DNA from: an archaeon
GTDB lineage: Archaea; Asgardarchaeota; Thorarchaeia; Thorarchaeales; Thorarchaeaceae
Assembly: GCA_024275415.1 (NCBI GenBank)
Contig: JAJRZD010000077.1
Location: forward strand, 16,586-48,585
Reading direction: 5' to 3'
Length of the DNA stretch: 32,000 nucleotides
The position numbers and the translations under genes are program-made. Below, in pieces: positions 16,736-24,953 of this stretch; the stretch's first letter is position 1, and every line of letters starts with the position of its first letter. Below the pieces are notes generated by a model. It was not told where the DNA came from, ran no database searches, and saw only the letters and a list, made by a program, of their open reading frames with translations.

Positions 16736-16759
16736 CAAGATTTCATCCTGCTCATCATG

Positions 16760-17134
16760 TCACTCAGGGGGGAGGATTACAATCTGGACACTGGTCAAAG
16801 GCTGGCCATCCATACTCTCGGATGCCTCGAACGTATCGAATGCCATCTGATACACGAATCGCTCCTCGAGTTTCTTTATTTCGTGTGCTATCCTAACACC
16901 TAGTCCAACACCTTTGAACCCATACCCCCTGACTGCAACTGTCTTTTTGTCGGCCCTAACAAGGTCACTTACAGTACGTGCTATCTTCGGAACATTGATT
17001 CTTCCAGCGTTGTGAGAAACTTCAATCAAGACATAATCGCCTGTGTCGAATACACCTACGTCGTCCTCCAGGGTTATGATGACTAGAGAGTCACTTAGTC
17101 TCAATTGTTCGGGGATTCTATCATGGAGGTTCAT
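16760..17134 (-). CDS. Divergent Alba-fold (Alba/SpoVS-like) nucleic-acid-binding protein with N-terminal extension
   Basis: TVAVRGYGFKGVGLGVRIAHEIKK and DGQPLTSVQIVI parallel Alba V.IKARG.AISKAVDVAEI.K and G....VS.IEI.L. ATG 17134 preferred because track GTG 17206 is only 3 nt from the divergent ORF. Confidence 0.55.
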   Translation of the reverse strand: MNLHDRIPEQLRLSDSLVIITLEDDVGVFDTGDYVLIEVSHNAGRINVPKIARTVSDLVRADKKTVAVRGYGFKGVGLGVRIAHEIKKLEERFVYQMAFDTFEASESMDGQPLTSVQIVILPPE

Positions 17135-17241
17135 ATCTGGTTGATAACTCTCATCACCTAAAAACTTCGTTGTCCGAGAAACATAACTCAAATCTCTTAT
17201 ATCCACTTAATGGATTCTTTGAGTAGGAGACGTTGTTCAAG

Positions 17242-18220
17242 AATGGAACGAAGAAAGACGTTTGCTATCATGCTAACTGTGGTTGTGATCTCCTCAATTG
17301 CGTTGGTCGCGCTGTGGTATCCCCCTTCACAGACGCCCACAGTCCGGATTGGTTATCTCTCTCAGGATTTGCATCAACTGGCACTCCGTGTGGCCATAGT
17401 GAATGGCTGGTTTGCAGAAGAGGGCATTGATGTGGAACTCCTCGTGTTCCAGAATGGGGGTTATGAGATGACCGGATTCCAAGCAGGACAAATCGATATG
17501 GGCTATTTGGGCGTTGCGCCTGCACTTGTGAAGAGTATCAATGCAGGGATTAACATCACCGTACTTGCCGCCGCGAACCTTGAGGGGTCATCAATCGAGG
17601 TTCTAAAGTCCGAATACGATGCGGGTAGGATAACAGAGGTTGCGGATCTTGCAGGAAAGACCATCTACCAACCAGGCCCATCAACCGTACAGAATTTCTT
17701 GATCCGATTGGCACTGAACCAGTCAGGCCTTGGTGTGGATGATGTAAGTCTTTCAACTACCGCTGTGCAAAACATGGCCGACCTTCTCACACCTGACGCC
17801 CCGGCATACATAGCATGGGAGCCTTTTCCTTCGCTTTCGAAGTACGAGAACATCACTGTGCCACTATTGCTGTCTGGTGACATCTGGCCACAGCATCCAT
17901 GTTGCGTTCTTGCAACAAACTCCATTTTTGCCCAAGACCATCCTGACCTAGTGCAGAAAGTAGTCGATATTCATGTGCGTGCAGAGTTGTGGATTGGCAA
18001 TCACCCCGAGGAGGCACTGGCTATTGCTGTCGATTGGCTGGGTATCGACGAAACGCCTGTTTCCACTGCCTTTGACAGGATCACCTACAATCACACACTC
18101 AATGTGGATGGTGTGGAAAAGTATCTTGATTTCCTCATTGACCAAGGGATTGTATCGATGAATGCTGCCGAGGCATCGACATTCCTTGCATCATTCATCA
18201 ACCTAGATTATCTTGGATGA
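17242..18220 (+). CDS. ABC transporter substrate-binding protein, SsuA/TauA/NMT1 family
   Basis: N-terminal TM, VRIGYLSQDLHQLAL, GQIDMGYLGVAP, LAGKTIYQPG.STVQ, YIAWEPF, WPQHPCCVL. Likely ATG 17242. Confidence 0.9.
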
Positions 18221-18270
18221 AGCAAAGCGACAGACACAAAAGCACACTACAATTTGCCGATTCGAGCACA

Positions 18271-19089
18271 ATGAACGAGAGGATCACGAGATTGAAGAAT
18301 GGTGTTCCCCGCCCGATGGATGTGCTACTGAAAGGTATCATCCCTCTCGTGATCCTGTTGTTTCTCTGGCAGACAATCCTTGCCATTGCCACCTCAAATC
18401 TATCGAAGCCATTGGGACTCCCCGATGTTGTTTCCTCCTTTATCGAGCTCGTTATTGAAGGGGACACGGAGGGTTATACTCTCGCCGAGCATGCTGCATT
18501 GAGCTTGTATAGGGTTTCACTGGGATTCCTTGCCGCATTTCTCACTGCATGTCCTCTCGGTATCGCCATTGGACGATACAAGATTGCCGATGCTATCATT
18601 GGTCCAGTAGTCGAGGCCATGCGACCGATTCCCCCCATTGCATGGATCCCCATATCGATTCTGCTCTTCAGGTCGAACTTCACAGGCGCGCAGGTCTTCA
18701 TTATCTGGGTCGGGGCTTTCTTTCCCATCCTTCTCAACACCAATGCAGGGGTGAAACGGACTAAGCCAGTCCATTTGGATGTAGCAAGTACATTCGGGGC
18801 GACAGAAATGCAGGTTCTTACAAAAGTGGTTCTGCCATCGGCCGCCCCTGAGATATTTGCAGGCCTTCGCATCGGCTTTGGCATCGGGTGGATGTGTCTT
18901 GTTGCTGCAGAGATAATTGGAGGCGGTCTGGGACTTGGATATCTTGTCCTCCAAACCGAACAACTGGGTCTTATCGGACAGACAATTTCTGCCATGATCG
19001 TGATTGGTGCTATTGGCTTCTTATTCAGCTATGTTTTCCTCAAGGCTGAGAGGCATCTCCTGCGGTATCGAGAAGAAATATCCGTGTGA
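18271..19089 (+). CDS. ABC transporter permease, SsuC/TauC family
   Basis: SLYRVSLGF, RPIPPIAWIPI, EAA loop LDVASTFGATEMQVLTKVVLPSAAPEIFAGLRIG, LVAAE. ATG 18271 or 18217. Confidence 0.93.
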   Translation: MNERITRLKNGVPRPMDVLLKGIIPLVILLFLWQTILAIATSNLSKPLGLPDVVSSFIELVIEGDTEGYTLAEHAALSLYRVSLGFLAAFLTACPLGIAIGRYKIADAIIGPVVEAMRPIPPIAWIPISILLFRSNFTGAQVFIIWVGAFFPILLNTNAGVKRTKPVHLDVASTFGATEMQVLTKVVLPSAAPEIFAGLRIGFGIGWMCLVAAEIIGGGLGLGYLVLQTEQLGLIGQTISAMIVIGAIGFLFSYVFLKAERHLLRYREEISV

Positions 19090-19091
19090 TA

Positions 19092-19889
19092 CTAACTCGC
19101 TAGAACCTTCTCCTGTTCTGCTCTCAAGACCTCAAGGATTTGGGCACGAAACACACGACTCTCACTGCTTGCACGTATTCTTGGTCGTGGCAGGTCTATG
19201 TCGTACTCTGCAATTATTCGTGCTGGCGCATTGCTCAACATGAGAATCCTGTCAGACATGAAGACAGCTTCGTCTACATTATGAGTCACGAACAGGATTG
19301 TGGAGCCGGTTTCTTCCCAAACCCGAAGGAACTCCTCCTGTAAATGATTCCTTGTCTGTGCATCCAGATTCGAGAAGCCCTCGTCTGAAGCTAGGACATC
19401 TGGGCTCACTATCAAACTTCTTGCCATCTCAGTCTTACGCGCCTGTCCCCCCGAGATCTCATGGGGATAGTGTTCCTCAAGTCCTTTGATTCCCACAAGA
19501 TCCATCATTCGGTCAGAAAGCATTTTTCGTTCGGCTGGCTTCATACCTTTCAGGGCAAGCCCAAACTCAATGTTACTTCGCACATCCAGCCATGGATACA
19601 GGGATTCCTGTTGGAATATGACCGCAACACGATTGTGTCCCAGTTCTGTTTCTTGACCGTCGATTAGTATTTTCCCCGCATCTGGCTTCATCAGTCCAGC
19701 GATGATTTTGAGCAATGTCGTCTTGCCACATCCTGATGGTCCAAGAATGCTAAGAAATTCCTTCTCTTTGACCTCAAAGCTGATATCATCCAACACGAGC
19801 TTCTTTCCGTTCTCTCCATTTTCATAGGATTTGGTGATGTTCCGAACAGAAAGCTTGGCCACACTTTGCACCTGATTGCTGTCCCCCAT
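19092..19889 (-). CDS. ABC transporter ATP-binding protein, SsuB/TauB family
   Basis: Walker A GPSGCGKTT, Q-loop FQQESLYPW, signature ISGGQ, Walker B variant VLASDEGFSNLD, H-loop FVTHNVDEA, C-terminal LPRPR. Confidence 0.92.
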   Translation of the reverse strand: MGDSNQVQSVAKLSVRNITKSYENGENGKKLVLDDISFEVKEKEFLSILGPSGCGKTTLLKIIAGLMKPDAGKILIDGQETELGHNRVAVIFQQESLYPWLDVRSNIEFGLALKGMKPAERKMLSDRMMDLVGIKGLEEHYPHEISGGQARKTEMARSLIVSPDVLASDEGFSNLDAQTRNHLQEEFLRVWEETGSTILFVTHNVDEAVFMSDRILMLSNAPARIIAEYDIDLPRPRIRASSESRVFRAQILEVLRAEQEKVLAS

Positions 19890-19945
19890 TTGCTCGTTAT
19901 ATATTGTACTTTCTATGAACAGGCTAGCAAACTAAAAAAGGGTGG

Positions 19946-22336
19946 ATGTTGAAGCTGATATCAGGTTCGGATGTAATATTAGACCATATTCATGAGATCT
20001 TGGATGCTTATCGAACCATACGGAGCTGCAAAGAAGTGATATCTCCGCGTATACTGTTTGAAATTGAAGACGAGCTAAGTACAAGTGCTATTGCTGTTGG
20101 GGATGTTACTGGATCTGGTTCATCTGAGTTATTGACAGGTGGCCGTGATGGAGTCATTAGACTATATAATGCGACAAGTACAGAAACCCAACTTCTTGCT
20201 CAATGTGATGTGACAGGTGCCATCCTATCTATCAAGATAGCCGATGCCAATAACGATGGCACGATGGAGATTGTCCTTGGTCGTAGCGTTGGACCTGGGG
20301 AACAACCTGGTACTTCTGGTACTGTGCAGGTCTATCGCTACACGCCAAGTGGGATATTAGAGCTTCTTGCAGAGTATGCTATAGATCGATTTGTCACTAC
20401 CGTCGTGGTCACTGATGTCACCGGCGATGGAAAGAACGAGATTGTCGCTGGAGGGAGCGACATGACTCTCAGGGTTCTTAGCCTTAGTCCTGACAACACA
20501 CTCACTGAGCTGTCAAAGAAGGTGCTCGATGATATGCCAATCGCGATTGGCACCTCTGATGTGATCGGTGATGAGATTGACGAGATTGTCACGGGGAACC
20601 GTGATGGGTCTCTCCGCATATTCAAATTATCCAATGGCACCCTAGACCAAATTGAAGCACTGGAACTTCCAAGCCCAGTCATCTCGATATCTTCTGGGGA
20701 TCTTCTCGGAGACCGTAAGATGGAGCTTGGAGTTGTGACTCATGATGGATCGATTCGGATTTACATAAATGAAGAAAGCAAGTTGGAATTGTTCTCCGAG
20801 CTCTCCAATGTCAATGCACTATCTATCCGGATGGCGGAGCTGAATGCTGACCACATGGACGAGGTTGTAGTGGCTACATCTGATTCCAAGGTTATCTTCT
20901 ACAACCTGTACATGGCAGAACTCCAACAAATTGGTGAAGTCGATATTGGATCTAAGATACTAGCGTTGTCAGTAGGCGATGCCACAGGAGATGACATGAA
21001 AGAAATCTTGACAGGCATCTCTGACGCCCCCCTTAAGGTCATCAAGGGTCTCTACCAACTGATACCTAAATTCGAGATAATTACAGAATCTGCATCTAGT
21101 ACAGAAATGAATGGTAGACTGACGGTGATCAATGTAAGTGATTCGCCTGTGCAGGGCGTGACTGGGAAGATCTATTGGTTTCCCAAAGCAAGCCTTGAAG
21201 TTGATCCCCAGCAGATCCACTTCGATATAGGTCCCAAGGAAACTCGGATGATTGATATCCGTTTAATCCCACGCGAGCAAGGCAGCGCAGTGATTCGACC
21301 AATCGTGCTGATGTGGACAGGTGACGATGGGAAAGTGAACCAAGTCACCACTCCTGAAACCGCTATCCTTGTAGATGAAGAGATGGTTCGAGCTGCTCCT
21401 GCCGCAACCCCTCCCGTTACCATACGCGCCGCTGAAACTATTATTGATCGAGATACGCCTCTTGAGTCAATTGAGGTGGAAGGGACTGGATTTGGTTCAG
21501 TCCTGTCCTCTGTTGGTGCCAAGAAAGTTCAGATAAAGACATCCAGCGGCTCATCGGAGTCCCTCAAAGAAGCTGAACGCCTTCTTGACCAGCTGTTTGG
21601 AGAAACATCCACTGCAACTGTGGATGAAGAGGTATCAGGTACTACCGGTGCAGCAACCGAAGCCGTCCCAGTAGTCGAAGAGAAACCCCCTGTAGAAGGG
21701 GTCGAGAGTTCGTTGGTAGCAGAGATTCGTTCCCGTCTTCCCAAACCCATGCGCCCTGGTGCAGATTCGGACTCGTATAGCTACCTGTTTAAGACCATGA
21801 TAATTGGTGAGGGTGCTGTTGGAAAAACGGCACTCGTGAACCGATATACCACAGGAGCCTTCGAAACTGACTACAAGACCACCATCGGTTCTCAGTTCGC
21901 AGTGAAGCTCACACACATATCACCTCCCGAAGAGCAGTATTCTGTTGGCATCAAAGTACAGGCGTGGGATGTTGCAGGACAGGCCCGATTCAAAGCAGTT
22001 CGGAAGATGTACTACAGTGGTGCGGCTGGGGTAATCCTTGTGTTCGACGTAACACGGCGTAGATCCTTCCAAGAGTTGACCAAATGGGTTCAAGAAGCCG
22101 ACGAATCCATTGGGATGCGCGTGCCTATGATCTGTGTAGGTAATAAGATTGACCTGCCCGACCGCGCGGTGCCTTCTGCAGAAGCCAAAGAATGGGCTGA
22201 ATCCCAAGGATTCCTGTATATGGAAAGCAGCGCAAAGACTGGAGAGGGTGTGGCTGATATGTTCACGGTGCTCTCCGAGATGATGTGGCGAGAAGCAAAG
22301 GAATCTGCTGAGGCAAAGAAAAAGGGGAAAAAATAA
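19946..22336 (+). CDS. Multidomain protein: 7-repeat FG-GAP-type beta-propeller, Ig-like beta-sandwich, low-complexity linker, C-terminal Rab-like GTPase
   Basis: Seven D-x-x-G-D-x-x-x-E-(I/L) repeats at aa ~50-368; beta-rich aa ~372-477; Ala/Glu/Ser/Thr/Pro linker aa ~478-610; GTPase aa ~611-785 (GEGAVGKT, TTIG, WDVAGQ, GNKID, SAK). Confidence 0.9.
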   Translation: MLKLISGSDVILDHIHEILDAYRTIRSCKEVISPRILFEIEDELSTSAIAVGDVTGSGSSELLTGGRDGVIRLYNATSTETQLLAQCDVTGAILSIKIADANNDGTMEIVLGRSVGPGEQPGTSGTVQVYRYTPSGILELLAEYAIDRFVTTVVVTDVTGDGKNEIVAGGSDMTLRVLSLSPDNTLTELSKKVLDDMPIAIGTSDVIGDEIDEIVTGNRDGSLRIFKLSNGTLDQIEALELPSPVISISSGDLLGDRKMELGVVTHDGSIRIYINEESKLELFSELSNVNALSIRMAELNADHMDEVVVATSDSKVIFYNLYMAELQQIGEVDIGSKILALSVGDATGDDMKEILTGISDAPLKVIKGLYQLIPKFEIITESASSTEMNGRLTVINVSDSPVQGVTGKIYWFPKASLEVDPQQIHFDIGPKETRMIDIRLIPREQGSAVIRPIVLMWTGDDGKVNQVTTPETAILVDEEMVRAAPAATPPVTIRAAETIIDRDTPLESIEVEGTGFGSVLSSVGAKKVQIKTSSGSSESLKEAERLLDQLFGETSTATVDEEVSGTTGAATEAVPVVEEKPPVEGVESSLVAEIRSRLPKPMRPGADSDSYSYLFKTMIIGEGAVGKTALVNRYTTGAFETDYKTTIGSQFAVKLTHISPPEEQYSVGIKVQAWDVAGQARFKAVRKMYYSGAAGVILVFDVTRRRSFQELTKWVQEADESIGMRVPMICVGNKIDLPDRAVPSAEAKEWAESQGFLYMESSAKTGEGVADMFTVLSEMMWREAKESAEAKKKGKK

Positions 22337-22341
22337 CCAAC

Positions 22342-22959
22342 TCAGGCCGTTCCTCTGGAGAGATTCCTCCCCATCTTCAATCCCGCGTCGAATGCCACTC
22401 GGTTTGGTCCTGTCAGCCCGACAATCTGCATGATGCCATGTTGGATGTCTTCAACCGAAAGCGGTAATCTATCCAGCCCTGCGAGGGCCCCGAGCATATA
22501 GACATTCAGTACTCTGTGTGTTCCAATCTGGTCAAGGAAAGGCGTTGTGTCGATGGCATAGACCTCACCACAGATATCCTCAAGAGAAGTGGCAATGGTT
22601 TCAATTTCCGGATAGGTATGCTCTTTTGAGGATGTGGCTGGACTGTGGATTGGTTCCATACTGAACACGGCTTGTGTCCTTTTTGAGCCGTATTGAACCG
22701 CAGCACGCAAACATTCAAGGGGCTCCATTCCAATTATCAGGTCTGCGTTTCCTCGCGGGATTAGAGGTCCTAGGTCGATGTCCGAGATTCGCAGATGCGT
22801 GAGAACACTCCCACCCCTCCTAGAAGCACCGAAAGTATCACCAAGAACTGGACGTTTTCCATTCCGGAACGCTGCAAGGGCGATGGATCTCCCACAAACA
22901 ATGTTCCCCTGTCCACCAACCCCAGCTATGAGAATGTTATAGGATTCTACCAATATCAC
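22342..22959 (-). CDS. iorB: Indolepyruvate:ferredoxin oxidoreductase beta subunit
   Basis: YNILIAGVGGQG, GASRRGGSVLTHLRI, NVYMLGA. GTG 22959 overlaps the iorA TGA (GTGA); the track extension to 23019 lies inside iorA. Confidence 0.9.
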   Translation of the reverse strand: MILVESYNILIAGVGGQGNIVCGRSIALAAFRNGKRPVLGDTFGASRRGGSVLTHLRISDIDLGPLIPRGNADLIIGMEPLECLRAAVQYGSKRTQAVFSMEPIHSPATSSKEHTYPEIETIATSLEDICGEVYAIDTTPFLDQIGTHRVLNVYMLGALAGLDRLPLSVEDIQHGIMQIVGLTGPNRVAFDAGLKMGRNLSRGTA

Positions 22960-24839
22960 TCCTCCCGTATTATCGCTCCATGTGGGCAAACCGTGATGCA
23001 GGCTCCACATCTGATGCATGCATATTCAATCACACTCGCATAATGGGCCATCCCATTCCAATCCAATGCGGGACATGCGAATCCATCAACACAGATCCTG
23101 CATTTCTCCCCCCAGCATATTCTCTCGTTCACAACAATAGGTGCAAGAATATCTCTTTCATGCCGTCCTTCTTTCAGACGACAAATGCTTTTCATCAAGA
23201 GCACCTTCAGCCCTTTTGTCTTGATGACCCTGTGAAGAGTTTCAATGATTTGGTCGATATCTGTAGTGTCAACGGTTTCGAACACATCAGGTTCCAATGC
23301 TCTGACAATCTTCTCGATGCTAACGAGAGTCCTACCTCCTTTTGTAGCCTGCGCCCCTGGATGCATCTGGAATCCAGTCATGGCGGTGGTTGCATTGTCC
23401 AAGATGAGGAATGTGATATCAGCATTCATATGGCGTGCGTTGACAAGTCCCGGGATACAGGCATGAAAGAATGTGGAATCTCCCGCGACCGCAATGACTT
23501 TCTTTTTGAACCCGAATCGGTGCAGTTGTCCCAGTCCCGATGCTGTTCCGATACCTGAGCCCATCGCCTGCATGGTATTCATTGCCTCGTCATAGAACAC
23601 TCCCAATGAATAACAACCTATATCACCAGCAACAATGATGTTGTCGTTGAGGCGTTTTCGCAACTTGCGGATCGCCCAGTACACATTGCGATGAGTACAT
23701 CCTGCACAGAACGTCAGGGGTCTCGGCACCAATAATCGAGAGGCTTTTTTCCTCGCTCGCTCGTCCGGACTCGCTTGGGCTCTTACCGGCTGATTCAACA
23801 CTTCTGATAGTGCATCAATGACAATATCGGTATTCAGCTCGCCGAAGGCTGGAACTACTCCGTTCCTTTTCCCGTAAAACTCGATGTTGCCCAAAACGTC
23901 ATTTTGTGACTTGTTCTTTGCATAGGCTGCGAGGATCTGTTCCTCTATGAAAGGATCCACTTCCTCCAGAAAAAGAACCCGACTGCTGTCTTGGAGCCAT
24001 CCCATTATCGTCTTTTCCGGAATTGGGTGAGTAGTCACTAGCTTGGCAATGGATACTGGTATCTGATGAAACGCGCTTTTTGCTTCCAATCCATATCTAA
24101 ATGACACACCACTGGCTATTATCAGGATCTCCGATCCTTCTATACGTTGGATCATGTTGTCGGCCAGTGATTCGAACTCATCTACAATCTTATCACGGAC
24201 ACCTATGAGCTCACCATGCCTTATATGTGGGTTCGGGACGTTGTAGAGCCTCTCAGGGATTTCGTCTGATGCATGAATTTCACTCTTTGTCAGATTCGGT
24301 AATTCAACAACAGCACTTGAATGGCTTAGTCGGGTCGTACTTCTGACTATGACCGGTATTTGGTATCTCTGTGATATCCCGAAAGCAATTCTTGTAAGAT
24401 CCTTAGCTTCTTGACATGATGTAGGTTCTAGCAGTGGGAGATATGATGCCTTGGCGTAGAATCTCGAGTCCTGCTCGTTGCTGGAACTATGACCTCTAGG
24501 GTCATCGCAGACCACAATGACCAATCCACCAGGACCACTCCCTGATAGGTTGAGATTGAGAAGGAAATCCGCTGCAACATTCAGCCCCAATGATTTCATT
24601 GGACATATAGCAGGGATACCCGCCCAGCTGGCGCCAGCACACGCTTCAAGTGCCACTTTCTCATTCGTGCTCCATTCCACGTAAATTCCACGTTCTTCTG
24701 CAACCTTCTCAAGCTCGGATACTATCTCTGTTGAGGGTGTTCCAGGATACGATGCACAAAAGCCCACTCCCGCCTCTAGTGCGCCTTGTGCGATGGACTC
24801 GTTGCCGCTCAGTAACACAGACGGGATCCTGTCACTCAT
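22956..24839 (-). CDS. iorA: Indolepyruvate:ferredoxin oxidoreductase alpha subunit
   Basis: LLSGNESIAQGALEAG, YPGTPSTEI, EWSTNEKVALE, RPLTFCAGCTHR, GDIGCY, GDSTFFH, DNATTAMTG, C-terminal ferredoxin CIRCGACITVCP. Confidence 0.95.
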   Translation of the reverse strand: MSDRIPSVLLSGNESIAQGALEAGVGFCASYPGTPSTEIVSELEKVAEERGIYVEWSTNEKVALEACAGASWAGIPAICPMKSLGLNVAADFLLNLNLSGSGPGGLVIVVCDDPRGHSSSNEQDSRFYAKASYLPLLEPTSCQEAKDLTRIAFGISQRYQIPVIVRSTTRLSHSSAVVELPNLTKSEIHASDEIPERLYNVPNPHIRHGELIGVRDKIVDEFESLADNMIQRIEGSEILIIASGVSFRYGLEAKSAFHQIPVSIAKLVTTHPIPEKTIMGWLQDSSRVLFLEEVDPFIEEQILAAYAKNKSQNDVLGNIEFYGKRNGVVPAFGELNTDIVIDALSEVLNQPVRAQASPDERARKKASRLLVPRPLTFCAGCTHRNVYWAIRKLRKRLNDNIIVAGDIGCYSLGVFYDEAMNTMQAMGSGIGTASGLGQLHRFGFKKKVIAVAGDSTFFHACIPGLVNARHMNADITFLILDNATTAMTGFQMHPGAQATKGGRTLVSIEKIVRALEPDVFETVDTTDIDQIIETLHRVIKTKGLKVLLMKSICRLKEGRHERDILAPIVVNERICWGEKCRICVDGFACPALDWNGMAHYASVIEYACIRCGACITVCPHGAIIREE

Positions 24840-24953
24840 TGTGTACCCCTGCTAGAGTGCAGGCTCTTGGCTTGAAAACACTTTCGAGAACAAAGAAATC
24901 TCCCCATTGGTAAGAATGAAAAGGAGTTTTGTATATCTGCACCGAGACAGGCT

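Noticed and set aside
11788-24839. Co-occurrence of por and ior operons as a novelty
   Set aside because: Standard for peptide-fermenting anaerobic archaea; motifs are canonical. Substrate assignment (POR versus VOR) cannot be settled by eye.
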